Of a stretch of DNA of 64,000 nucleotides, positions 55,731-64,000 are shown in pieces. Where the stretch lies: the IMG/VR virus record IMGVR_UViG_3300025389_000022, positions 3,671-67,670 of that record; one strand, given 5' to 3'. The translations under genes were made by a program, and so were the position numbers. Positions within the stretch are counted from its first letter, which is position 1; each line of letters starts with the position of its first letter. This DNA comes from a virus. Its lineage: Duplodnaviria; Caudoviricetes. Under the pieces are notes generated by a model. It worked only from the letters and a program-made list of their open reading frames with translations, did no database searches and was not told the origin of the DNA.

Positions 55731-56246
55731 ATGCCATCAGCCAAGTGTAAAGAGTTGTTTCCGCACGAAGATATACTAAGATTGAATGAATTCTTTGGAG
55801 ATCCTTCCGGAAAAAACGGTGAAGTAGACCCTAAGTGGTTTAAAGAGAACATCGTAAAGTGGACTCCACCATATCCGATGTTTTTTAACGCTACTGGACA
55901 GAAATTTAGCACAATGAAGCTTCATAAGAAAGTCGTTGATGTGTATACATCAGCTTTTACAGAAGTATTAAATCATTTTGGTAAAGACAACATCAAGAAG
56001 CTGCATCTCGATCAATCTGGTGGCACTTTTAACTATCGACTGATGCGAGGTGGTGATAGATTATCAGTTCATTCTTGGGGTATTGCGATAGATATGGATC
56101 CAGCAAGAAATCCATGGCCGTCTTCTTGGCACGAAGGCATGCTAAATCATGATTTTGCTGATATTTTACAAAAACATGGACTCTGGTGGAGAGGATCTCC
56201 AGGAGATAATGATCCAATGCATTTTCAGTGTGCGTGGAGAAATTAA
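55731..56246 (+). CDS. M15-family peptidoglycan peptidase (candidate endolysin)
   Basis: GG.FNYR.MRG...LS.HSWG.AID.DP and W.G...D.MHFQ motifs. Confidence 0.85.
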   Translation: MPSAKCKELFPHEDILRLNEFFGDPSGKNGEVDPKWFKENIVKWTPPYPMFFNATGQKFSTMKLHKKVVDVYTSAFTEVLNHFGKDNIKKLHLDQSGGTFNYRLMRGGDRLSVHSWGIAIDMDPARNPWPSSWHEGMLNHDFADILQKHGLWWRGSPGDNDPMHFQCAWRN

Positions 56247-56249
56247 TAA

Positions 56250-56278
56250 TTGACATTCTGTGAAATATGTGATATGAT
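56250..56278 (+). promoter_or_regulatory. Sigma70 promoter for gp43
   Basis: TTGACA-17-TATGAT. Confidence 0.7.
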
Positions 56279-56307
56279 TGACTTTAAATATATTATGGGA
56301 GATAGTG

Positions 56308-58800
56308 TTGTCAAAGTTTTATACCAATGTTTTTCAATATGGTAATAAGATCTATGTTAGAGGTTATGATACTGGTATAAAATTTAAAGAAATAGTACCA
56401 TACAAGCCATATCTATTTGTCACTGACCGCAATAATACAAATAGTGGCTATAAGAGTCTAAATAACAAGCCGGTCGCTAAGATCGAGTTTGATTCTATTA
56501 GAGACGCTAGAGACTTTCTAGATGATCATAAGGATGTTGGTGGGTTCCAAGTATTTGGACTCACTAACTATCCTTATCTCTATATCTATGACAACTATCA
56601 AGGTGACGTTGATTACGATCCTAAAATGATTAATGTAGTCACTCTTGATATTGAGTGCGGCGGCGAAGATGTCGTAGGTTTTCCTGATGTTGATAAAGCA
56701 GATCAGCCAATAACAGCTATCACAATTCATAGTCGTGGAAAGACTGCGTCTTTTGGTATTAAATACTTTAAACCAACTAGTGAAAACTCATTCTACTTGA
56801 AATGTAAAGACGAATATGACCTTATTCAGAAATTTCTTCAAGTCTGGGAATCAGACGCGTGGATGCCGGACATCATCACGGGATGGAATATTGAATTTTT
56901 TGATATCCCATATCTTATTAACCGGATTAAGGCTTTATATAATGAAAGAGAAGCTAAAAGACTATCTCCTTGGAAGATGTTGAATGAAAAAATAGTAGAG
57001 TTTCGCGGCAAAGAGAATAGAGTATATGAGATCGTAGGTGTGTCTGATCTAGACTACTATCGACTGTATCGTAAGTTCTCATTTGGTAATCAAGAGTCTT
57101 ATAAGTTAGATTATATTGCTCAGATAGAATTAGGTGAGAGAAAGTTAGACTATTCTGAATATGGATCTCTCAATGAATTCTATAAGAATAACTTTCAAAA
57201 GTATATGGAGTACAACATACACGACGTTCTTCTAGTTCAGAAGCTTGAAGATAAGTTAAAGTTTATTGAGCAGGTAATGGCGATCGCTTATGACGCTAGG
57301 GTTAACTATACAGATACTATGGCCACAGTTCGTCCATGGGATGTTATTATTCATAACTATCTACTAGATCAAAAGATAGTAATTCCACAGTCTAAGAAAC
57401 AGGTGTTTGAAGGTGGTCTTGTCGGTGGATACGTTAAAGATCCAAAGATTGGTCTGAGTAAATGGGTCGTATCGTTTGATTTGAACTCTCTGTATCCACA
57501 TCTTATCATGCAGTATAATATCAGTCCTGAAACACTCACTGGGAAACTTGGTCCTTCTGGTGGTGTGGATTGGTTACTTGATGGTAATTTTGAATATAAA
57601 GATAGTAACTATGCATATGCGGCTAATGGATGTACATTTAAAAAAGATAAGCAGGGATTTCTTCCCGCACTAATGGAAAGAATGTATGACGACCGTACTA
57701 AGTATAAGAAACTAATGCTTGAAGCTAAGCAGCGTTATGAGAAGACAAAGACACTTGAAGATGAAAAACTTGTCGCTAGATATCATAATATGCAGCTTGC
57801 AAAAAAGATTCAGTTAAATTCAGCTTACGGCGCTCTTGCTAACCAGTATTTTCGTTGGTTTAACTTTGATCTAGCAGAAGCTATTACAACTTCTGGTCAG
57901 TTATCTATTCGTTGGATTGAAAAGAAAATAAATCAGTATATGAATATAATATTAAAGACAGATGAGGATTATGTTATCGCATCTGATACTGATTCGATCT
58001 ATGTTCGCATGGATAAGCTCGTGGTCACAATGGGCGATGTAGATGAAAAGAAGATAGTTAATGCCTTAGATATATTCTGTGAAAAGAAACTGCAGCAATA
58101 TATCGATGAGTGCTATCAAGAACTAGCTGATATGATGAATGCCTATCAGCAGAAGATGAAGATGAAGCGTGAAACCATAGCTAATAAGGGTATTTGGCGT
58201 GGTAAGAAGATGTATATACTTAATGCATGGGACGTTGAGGGTGTACGATATGAAGAGCCAAAGTTAAAGCTTCAAGGAATTGAGGCTATTAGATCTTCTA
58301 CGCCGCACGCTTGTAGAGAGAATATTAAAGACGCTCTTAAGATTATTATGAATGGAACTCAGGACGAGCTAAAGAGTTTTATAATTAATTTTAGAAAAGA
58401 CTTTGATGCTCTTCCATTTGAGTCTATAGCATTTCCAAGAGGCGTTAACGGGCTAGATGTATTCTCAGATAGATCAAAGGTATATAAAAAATCTACACCT
58501 ATGCACGTTAAAGGTTGTTTGATGTTTAACTACCTATTGAAGAAACACGGCATTAACAATATACCTCCAATAGTAAATGGAGATAAGATTAGGTTCGTCT
58601 ATCTTATGACCCCTAATCCTATAATCAATGAGAACGTTATAGCCACTCCAGACGAGTTACCTAAAGAACTCGATCTTGAAAAATATATAGATAGAGAGAT
58701 GCAGTTCAATAAATCTTTTCTTGATCCACTAAAATCTATAACTGACGTTATCGGCTGGGATTTGGAAGAAAAATCAACTATAGAAGGATTCTTTGTATGA
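56308..58800 (+). CDS. gp43: DNA polymerase B gp43 (TTG start after GGGAG; ORF track starts at 56278)
   Basis: Exonuclease motifs DIEC, GWN..FFD and Y...D. Polymerase motifs SFDLNSLYP, K...NS.YG and DTDS. Confidence 0.97.
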   Translation: MSKFYTNVFQYGNKIYVRGYDTGIKFKEIVPYKPYLFVTDRNNTNSGYKSLNNKPVAKIEFDSIRDARDFLDDHKDVGGFQVFGLTNYPYLYIYDNYQGDVDYDPKMINVVTLDIECGGEDVVGFPDVDKADQPITAITIHSRGKTASFGIKYFKPTSENSFYLKCKDEYDLIQKFLQVWESDAWMPDIITGWNIEFFDIPYLINRIKALYNEREAKRLSPWKMLNEKIVEFRGKENRVYEIVGVSDLDYYRLYRKFSFGNQESYKLDYIAQIELGERKLDYSEYGSLNEFYKNNFQKYMEYNIHDVLLVQKLEDKLKFIEQVMAIAYDARVNYTDTMATVRPWDVIIHNYLLDQKIVIPQSKKQVFEGGLVGGYVKDPKIGLSKWVVSFDLNSLYPHLIMQYNISPETLTGKLGPSGGVDWLLDGNFEYKDSNYAYAANGCTFKKDKQGFLPALMERMYDDRTKYKKLMLEAKQRYEKTKTLEDEKLVARYHNMQLAKKIQLNSAYGALANQYFRWFNFDLAEAITTSGQLSIRWIEKKINQYMNIILKTDEDYVIASDTDSIYVRMDKLVVTMGDVDEKKIVNALDIFCEKKLQQYIDECYQELADMMNAYQQKMKMKRETIANKGIWRGKKMYILNAWDVEGVRYEEPKLKLQGIEAIRSSTPHACRENIKDALKIIMNGTQDELKSFIINFRKDFDALPFESIAFPRGVNGLDVFSDRSKVYKKSTPMHVKGCLMFNYLLKKHGINNIPPIVNGDKIRFVYLMTPNPIINENVIATPDELPKELDLEKYIDREMQFNKSFLDPLKSITDVIGWDLEEKSTIEGFFV

Positions 58801-59006
58801 GTAGTGATTTTGATTTTGGTTTTACTACAGAAGATGAACTTAGAGGTGAACAAGAGAAATTACAAGGTCTTGTTAAAATGATCATGCCATTTCTTAATAA
58901 TCTTAAAGGTGATTCTACTAAAGATATTATTAAATGGAACGGCGCTGATAGAGTAAAGCAGATCGATGCGTTTATTAAAAAGATGAACGATTATGTAAGC
59001 AGTTGA
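58797..59006 (+). CDS. Small hypothetical protein following gp43
   Basis: FDFGF...DE...I.PFL.NL....I.W..R pattern. Confidence 0.65.
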   Translation: MSSDFDFGFTTEDELRGEQEKLQGLVKMIMPFLNNLKGDSTKDIIKWNGADRVKQIDAFIKKMNDYVSS

Positions 59007-59031
59007 CATACATTGCTATAAATTGTATAAT
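59003..59031 (+). promoter_or_regulatory. Sigma70 promoter for uvsX
   Basis: TTGACA-17-TATAAT. Confidence 0.75.
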
Positions 59032-59054
59032 ACTATAATATATGGAGAATTAAT

Positions 59055-60110
59055 ATGTCTTTAAAAGAAAAACTTATTAAAAATAGTACTATTGAATATA
59101 CTTCAACTCTTACTGATTCTAAGATCTATACTAAGAAAGATATGATCCCAACGCCGGTACCGATGATCAATGTAGCGTTATCTGGTTCTATTGACGGTGG
59201 TATCACACCAGGACTCACGATGCTTGCCGGTCCTTCTAAACATTTTAAGACTGGTTTTGCTCTTCTTCTTGCTTCTTCTTATCTTAAGAAATATCCGGAC
59301 GGAGTCATCTTATTCTATGACTCTGAGTTTGGTACGCCGCAGTCTTACTTCTCAAAGTTCAATATTCCATTAGACTCTGTTGTTCATACGCCAATCACAG
59401 ACGTTGAAGAGCTTAAGTTTGATATTATGAAGCAGCTCAAAGAAATTGATCGTAAAGATCGTGTGCTTATTATTATTGACTCTATTGGTAATCTTGCTTC
59501 AAAGAAAGAAGTTGAAGATGCTCTTAATGAAAAGTCAGTTGCCGACATGTCTCGTGCAAAACAGCTTAAGTCACTGTTTAGAATGATCACACCACATCTT
59601 ACGCTCAAAGACATTCCAGTTGCTGCGGTAAATCATACGTATATGGAAATTGGTATGTTTCCAAAAGCAGTCGTCGGTGGTGGCACAGGCGCGTACTACG
59701 GCGCAGATAATATCTGGATTTTAGGAAGGCAGCAGGATAAAGATGGAACAGAGATTCAGGGGTACCATTTTGTCATCAATGTTGAGAAATCCCGTTACGT
59801 ACGTGAAAAATCTAAGATACCAATTACCATTAGCTATGAGGGTGGTATTAATCGCTGGAGCGGTCTTCTCGATCTTGCCATCGAGGGTAATTACGTGGCT
59901 AAGCCAAAAGTGGGATGGTACTCCGTCGTCAATCGTGAAACTGGCGAAGTCGATGGAAAGAACTTCAGAGCGTCTGATATTGTGGACAGTAAAGAATTTT
60001 GGATGAATATGTTTAAGACTACAGACTTTGCTGACTATATTAAGAAGACTTATTCACTTGACACTGAAGGAAGTCTGGTATATAATGATGATGAATCGGA
60101 GGCATGTTAA
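59055..60110 (+). CDS. uvsX: RecA-like recombinase UvsX
   Basis: AGPSKHFKT Walker A, YDSEFG, IDSIGNLASKKE and DMSRAK.LKSLFR motifs. Confidence 0.97.
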   Translation: MSLKEKLIKNSTIEYTSTLTDSKIYTKKDMIPTPVPMINVALSGSIDGGITPGLTMLAGPSKHFKTGFALLLASSYLKKYPDGVILFYDSEFGTPQSYFSKFNIPLDSVVHTPITDVEELKFDIMKQLKEIDRKDRVLIIIDSIGNLASKKEVEDALNEKSVADMSRAKQLKSLFRMITPHLTLKDIPVAAVNHTYMEIGMFPKAVVGGGTGAYYGADNIWILGRQQDKDGTEIQGYHFVINVEKSRYVREKSKIPITISYEGGINRWSGLLDLAIEGNYVAKPKVGWYSVVNRETGEVDGKNFRASDIVDSKEFWMNMFKTTDFADYIKKTYSLDTEGSLVYNDDESEAC

Positions 60111-61526
60111 TTGAATATCGAACGCGTCATACTTTCTAATCTCGTGTTTAACGAGGATTTCAGCAGGAAGGCTATACCGTTTTTAAAGACAGAATATTTT
60201 ACAGATTACTCAGAGAGAACTGTCTTTGAGTTAGTCGATGAATACGTTAAGAAGTACAATTCATTTCCATCAGTCGAGGCTCTGGCGATCGACCTAAGTA
60301 ACAAGGACGGCTTAAGCGAAGACAGCTTCAAGTCGTGCAAAGACATAATCGGGTCGCTGTCACAGGACCCAAACACTAAACTAGATTGGATTTTGGATCA
60401 GACAGAAAAATTCTGTCAAGATAAATCACTCTATCTTGCGATCATGAAGTCAATCAAAATAATGGATGAGAAGAATGCTTCAATCTCAAAAGGTTCGATT
60501 CCTCAAATACTTACTGATGCCCTTGCTGTTTCTTTTGACACCCATATTGGTCATGATTTCTTGGTGGATACTGATGAACGATATGAGTTCTACCACCGTA
60601 AAGAGAAGAGAGTTCCATTCGATCTTGACTACTTTAACGCCATTACAAACGGTGGCCTGCCGAACAAGACTCTCAATATCGCACTCGCGGGTACAGGTGT
60701 CGGAAAATCGCTATTCATGTGTCACTGTGCCGCAGCAAACCTCTCAAGAGGACTCAATGTTCTATACATTACGCTAGAGATGGCTGAGGAGAGAATTGCA
60801 GAGCGCATCGACGCTAATCTCCTCAACGTCACAATGGATGAATTAGAACTATTACCAAAACAATCTTATGACTCTAAAATAGGTACGCTCAAGACAAAGA
60901 CTACTGGTAAACTTATTATCAAAGAATATCCGACTGCTTGTGCTGGATCTGCTAACTTTAGACATCTTCTTAATGAACTAAAGATCAAGAAGAACTTTCA
61001 GCCTGATATTATCTATATTGATTATCTTAACATTTGTATGTCATCGAGGATGAAGTATGGAGCCACAGTCAATTCTTATACCTATATCAAAGCAATCGCA
61101 GAAGAGCTTCGAGGACTTGCAGTGGAATACGATGTACCTATCGTCTCTGCGACTCAAACAACTAGAGGCGGATATTCGAACAGCGACGTGGGACTGGAAG
61201 ATACATCAGAATCCTTTGGACTCCCGGCCACAGCTGATTTTATGTTTGCGCTCATCTCAACAGAAGAGCTGGAGTCACTCAATCAAATCATGGTTAAACA
61301 GCTCAAGAATCGCTATAATGATCCAGGGAGCAATCGTAGGTTCGTCATTGGTATTGATCGCTCAAAGATGCGACTTTACGATGTTGATCAATCAGCTCAA
61401 GACGGTATTTTAGACGGTCCTTCAACTAAATCAGTATTTGATAATTCTAAATTTGGAGAAGAAGACTTTGAAAGAAACAGACCAAAGCCAAAATTCGACA
61501 GAAACAAATTTAGCGACTTCAAATGA
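60111..61526 (+). CDS. gp41: Replicative DNA helicase gp41
   Basis: AGTGVGKSL, LEMAEE.IAERIDAN, IDYL.I, AEELRGLA and SESFGLPATAD motifs. Confidence 0.97.
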   Translation: MNIERVILSNLVFNEDFSRKAIPFLKTEYFTDYSERTVFELVDEYVKKYNSFPSVEALAIDLSNKDGLSEDSFKSCKDIIGSLSQDPNTKLDWILDQTEKFCQDKSLYLAIMKSIKIMDEKNASISKGSIPQILTDALAVSFDTHIGHDFLVDTDERYEFYHRKEKRVPFDLDYFNAITNGGLPNKTLNIALAGTGVGKSLFMCHCAAANLSRGLNVLYITLEMAEERIAERIDANLLNVTMDELELLPKQSYDSKIGTLKTKTTGKLIIKEYPTACAGSANFRHLLNELKIKKNFQPDIIYIDYLNICMSSRMKYGATVNSYTYIKAIAEELRGLAVEYDVPIVSATQTTRGGYSNSDVGLEDTSESFGLPATADFMFALISTEELESLNQIMVKQLKNRYNDPGSNRRFVIGIDRSKMRLYDVDQSAQDGILDGPSTKSVFDNSKFGEEDFERNRPKPKFDRNKFSDFK

Positions 61527-61756
61527 TGAATTTGATCTAGTAATGGCTGAAATAGTCTGGCAGAAGTGTAAGGGATATCCAATACCAGACTGTTTTAGTA
61601 GAGAAGATAGACTAAGTATCTTAGAGAGATACTGGACGAGAGCTATGGAAAAAGAGTAATGTTAGATCCTAGAGTTGTTATACTTTTAAAGGCTCTTTGC
61701 ATAGCAGGAACTTCTAGCGTATTGTTGAAAATAACAATGCAGTTATTAGGAAACCC

Positions 61757-61939
61757 ATGATATTATGTTCGTGTAATATTATATCCACTAAAGACATAAA
61801 AGATTATGTCAACAATCATACTAATACATCTATTAAAGACGCCCTTAGTTGTATTGGTTGGAAATCTGGTTGTACCACATGTTTATCTCTATTGATTCAG
61901 GAGATAAAGACTGAAATAAATAACAAGTCATTTACATAA
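61757..61939 (+). CDS. bfd: Bfd-like [2Fe-2S] ferredoxin
   Basis: C4-x-C6-x32-C39-x2-C42 spacing. Confidence 0.75.
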   Translation: MILCSCNIISTKDIKDYVNNHTNTSIKDALSCIGWKSGCTTCLSLLIQEIKTEINNKSFT

Positions 61940-61951
61940 TAGGAGAAAATA

Positions 61952-62698
61952 ATGACTGCTAGAAAGTATGGTTGGCGGCCTGATAAACCGGACTATAGAG
62001 ATAAAATTTGTACTTTAAGAGCAAAACGCGGCGTTTCAAAGAACGTTGACCTAAGAACGACAGGTCATCTGCCTCCTGTTTATGATCAAGGTCAGCTTGG
62101 TTCTTGCACCGGCAACGCAATTGCAGCCGCTGTAGCATATGGTCTAAGAGCACAAGGTAAGCACGATTATAACCCTTCTCGCTTGTTTATATATTATAAC
62201 GAGCGCGTTTTAGAGGGTACTACCTCTATCGATGCTGGCGCAGAAGAGCGTGATGGTATTAAAGTCGTTGCTACTTTAGGATCTCCTTCTGAAGATATTT
62301 GGCCGTATGATATTTCTAGATTCGCTGAAAGACCTTCTGATCAAGTATACGCTGAAGCTAAGAAGAGCATAATTAAACAGTATTCTAGAGTTCCTGTTAA
62401 GTTAGCAAATATTCAGAACGTATTAACACATCAGATTCCCATCGTATTTGGTATAGCTCTCTATGAGTCATTTGAGAGCGATGCAGTCGCTGCTAGTGGC
62501 GTAGTTCCAATGCCTGATCTTTCTGAAAGAATGATCGGTGGTCATTGTATGCTATTAGTAGGTTCGACCGACACTCACTTTATAGTCCGCAATTCATGGG
62601 GAGAAGGATGGGGAGATAGAGGTTATTGCTATATCCCTCATGAATACGTAACTGACACTAGACTTGCAGACGATTTTTGGGCGATCTTTTTATCATGA
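61952..62698 (+). CDS. Papain-family (C1A) cysteine peptidase
   Basis: Catalytic DQGQLGSC, GGH.MLLVG and RNSWG..WG..GY motifs. Confidence 0.92.
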   Translation: MTARKYGWRPDKPDYRDKICTLRAKRGVSKNVDLRTTGHLPPVYDQGQLGSCTGNAIAAAVAYGLRAQGKHDYNPSRLFIYYNERVLEGTTSIDAGAEERDGIKVVATLGSPSEDIWPYDISRFAERPSDQVYAEAKKSIIKQYSRVPVKLANIQNVLTHQIPIVFGIALYESFESDAVAASGVVPMPDLSERMIGGHCMLLVGSTDTHFIVRNSWGEGWGDRGYCYIPHEYVTDTRLADDFWAIFLS

Positions 62699-62712
62699 GA
62701 GGTAGAATAAGA

Positions 62713-62910
62713 ATGAACTATGAAGTCGTGCCTGTTAATAGCGATAGATTTTATGTCCTAGAGACTAAGACTAATCAGATTGTGGTAGAGTGTGATAAGC
62801 TATGCGACGCTAGAAAATTCATGAAACACTTCAACCATGGCGGTGGATTTGACGGTAACACACCAAATTTTTTTTTAAAAACCACTCAAAAAGTTGATTC
62901 TATTGTATAA
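62713..62910 (+). CDS. Small conserved T4-like hypothetical protein
   Basis: F.V.E..T.Q.V......DA......N.GGGFDG.TP.FF pattern. Confidence 0.6.
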   Translation: MNYEVVPVNSDRFYVLETKTNQIVVECDKLCDARKFMKHFNHGGGFDGNTPNFFLKTTQKVDSIV

Positions 62911-62913
62911 ATA
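62906..62913 (+). promoter_or_regulatory. Late promoter TATAAATA
   Basis: Exact match upstream of an ORF-less structured region. Confidence 0.7.
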
Positions 62914-62920
62914 AACTTGT

Positions 62921-63055
62921 ATTCATTCAGTATGTTAAAGTGCTCGATTATAGCGCTGGAACAGAAGAGTAGATAAGGAACGCTGGATTACGATGGTGGT
63001 TTCGCCAGCCGTACTGAATTGAACGGGGGAGTCGGGATGACTCCCCTATTTTTTT
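62921..63055 (+). ncRNA. Candidate structured small RNA
   Basis: Bounded by a late promoter and a terminator. A 13-bp closing stem pairs 62922-62934 with 63010-63023. No RBS-led ORF. Confidence 0.5.
63026..63055 (+). terminator. Intrinsic terminator
   Basis: GGGGAGTC-GGGAT-GACTCCCC-TATTTTTTT. Confidence 0.85.
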
Positions 63056-63085
63056 ATATGTACTTTTTCCTTGTTTTAGATATTA

Positions 63086-63093
63086 TATAAATA
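63086..63093 (+). promoter_or_regulatory. Late promoter TATAAATA
   Basis: Exact match 21 nt upstream of the ORF at 63115. Confidence 0.75.
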
Positions 63094-63114
63094 TCTATAA
63101 AAACAGGGAAGCAT

Positions 63115-63768
63115 ATGATAAATTTCAGAAGTTTCATTTGTGAAAAAAAAGATGAAGATTCTAATACTCTTCATGCTTTTGACATAGACGATACCCTCTT
63201 CCATCACGATCCAGAGGGAATGAGAATACACGTTATAGATCCACAAGGAAATAGATCACGTACCCTAACGAGTTCTGAGTTTAATACGCATACCCTTCCA
63301 GACAATCATTCTTACGACTTTAGAGAGTTCAGAAGCTCAGACGCCTTTGGCAAGCATGCTAGACCAATTCGTAAGATGATAGCTAAACTTAAGGCTATCC
63401 ATAAGAACAACAAGAACGTAGAGATATTGACCGCTCGATCAGACCTTGACGACCAGAAGAAGTTTGCTCATCATATGTCGAAGTACGGTATAGATATTGG
63501 TGAGATTCATGTTAGAAGAGCCGGCAATCTCCCTATGAAGGCAGCCGATGCTAAAGCCGCTATCATGCACGACCAGATAAAGAAGAATAAATACAGTAGA
63601 GTTCATCTATATGATGATTCTGAAGATAATTTAAAAAAGTTTATAGCTCTTAAGAAACATCATCCAGAAGTAGAATTTCACGCACACCATGTAAAGCATG
63701 ATCCTGAAACCGGTGAGGTAGTAGTGACGACGACTTCAATAAAACCAAAACCACTAAAGGAAAATTGA
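63115..63768 (+). CDS. HAD-superfamily phosphatase-like protein, possible internal head protein
   Basis: FDIDDTLF (DxDxT), LTAR, K and YDDS..N motifs. N-terminus MINFRSFICE. Confidence 0.75.
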   Translation: MINFRSFICEKKDEDSNTLHAFDIDDTLFHHDPEGMRIHVIDPQGNRSRTLTSSEFNTHTLPDNHSYDFREFRSSDAFGKHARPIRKMIAKLKAIHKNNKNVEILTARSDLDDQKKFAHHMSKYGIDIGEIHVRRAGNLPMKAADAKAAIMHDQIKKNKYSRVHLYDDSEDNLKKFIALKKHHPEVEFHAHHVKHDPETGEVVVTTTSIKPKPLKEN

Positions 63769-63770
63769 TT

Positions 63771-64000
63771 ATGTTAGGATTTAGTACATATCTAATTGAA
63801 ATGGCGGCGGCGAGTTCTTCTGAATCTAATGACGACAAGGGTAAACTGCACGAGTTATTGTTAGGAAAACATTTACATCCAGAAAATCGACTTCCAGAAC
63901 ACCATAGATCTGAGTCTGAAGACTATGGTGGTACGCCTGAACAGGTTCATAAGAAATTAAAAGATAAAATGAGTCCGGCGGCATATACTGAAATTGACAA
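63771..64000 (+). CDS. Partial late protein (runs off window edge), possible internal head protein
   Basis: Manual translation MLGFSTYLIEMAAASSSESNDDKGKLHELLLG... Confidence 0.6.
   Translation, partial: MLGFSTYLIEMAAASSSESNDDKGKLHELLLGKHLHPENRLPEHHRSESEDYGGTPEQVHKKLKDKMSPAAYTEID

Noticed and set aside
56308-61526. Introns or inteins in gp43, uvsX or gp41
   Set aside because: All three are uninterrupted, of normal length, and show no intein or group I intron signatures.
2208-62153. Numerous antisense or alternate-frame ORFs in the track (e.g. 5014-5466, 19065-19340, 33882-34403, 38126-38617, 39128-39586, 43093-43485)
   Set aside because: They overlap well-supported genes, lack RBSs and recognisable motifs, and are explained as shadow frames.
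62932-62976. 14-codon ORF MLKCSIIALEQKSR inside the candidate RNA
   Set aside because: It has no Shine-Dalgarno, and its start is buried in the closing stem.

Overview
This is 64 kb of a large T4-like myophage genome with the phiM12/cyanophage-type gene order. The host is most likely an alphaproteobacterium, inferred from the permuted tmRNA with an ANDNF- tag, the L,D-transpeptidase and the PlcP/Agt-like pair. Layout: 1-23.1 kb is a leftward baseplate/tail module (DUF4815-like proteins, gp8, gp9-like, gp7, gp6, gp25, split gp5, hub, gp53, gp48). 23.2-28.3 kb runs rightward through gp4, gp2, gp54-like, gp26, gp51 and a tape-measure-like protein. 28.4-39.9 kb runs leftward through gp32, gp59, gp33, an L,D-transpeptidase, tRNA-Arg, a tmRNA and accessory genes. 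39-48 kb is a divergent early region of small ORFs with repeated sigma70-type promoters. 48-64 kb holds late and accessory genes, lysins, plcP-agt-like genes, hsp20, gp43, uvsX and gp41. The strongest unusual signals are: (1) a phage-encoded, circularly permuted two-piece tmRNA under a T4 late promoter; (2) a PlcP + Agt-like phospholipid-remodelling gene pair; (3) a probable -1 frameshift fusing gp26 to a start-less gp51 just before the tape-measure gene; (4) a ROSE-type RNA thermometer on hsp20; (5) an orphan structured RNA between a late promoter and a terminator. All assignments come from motif recognition by eye. No database searches were run.
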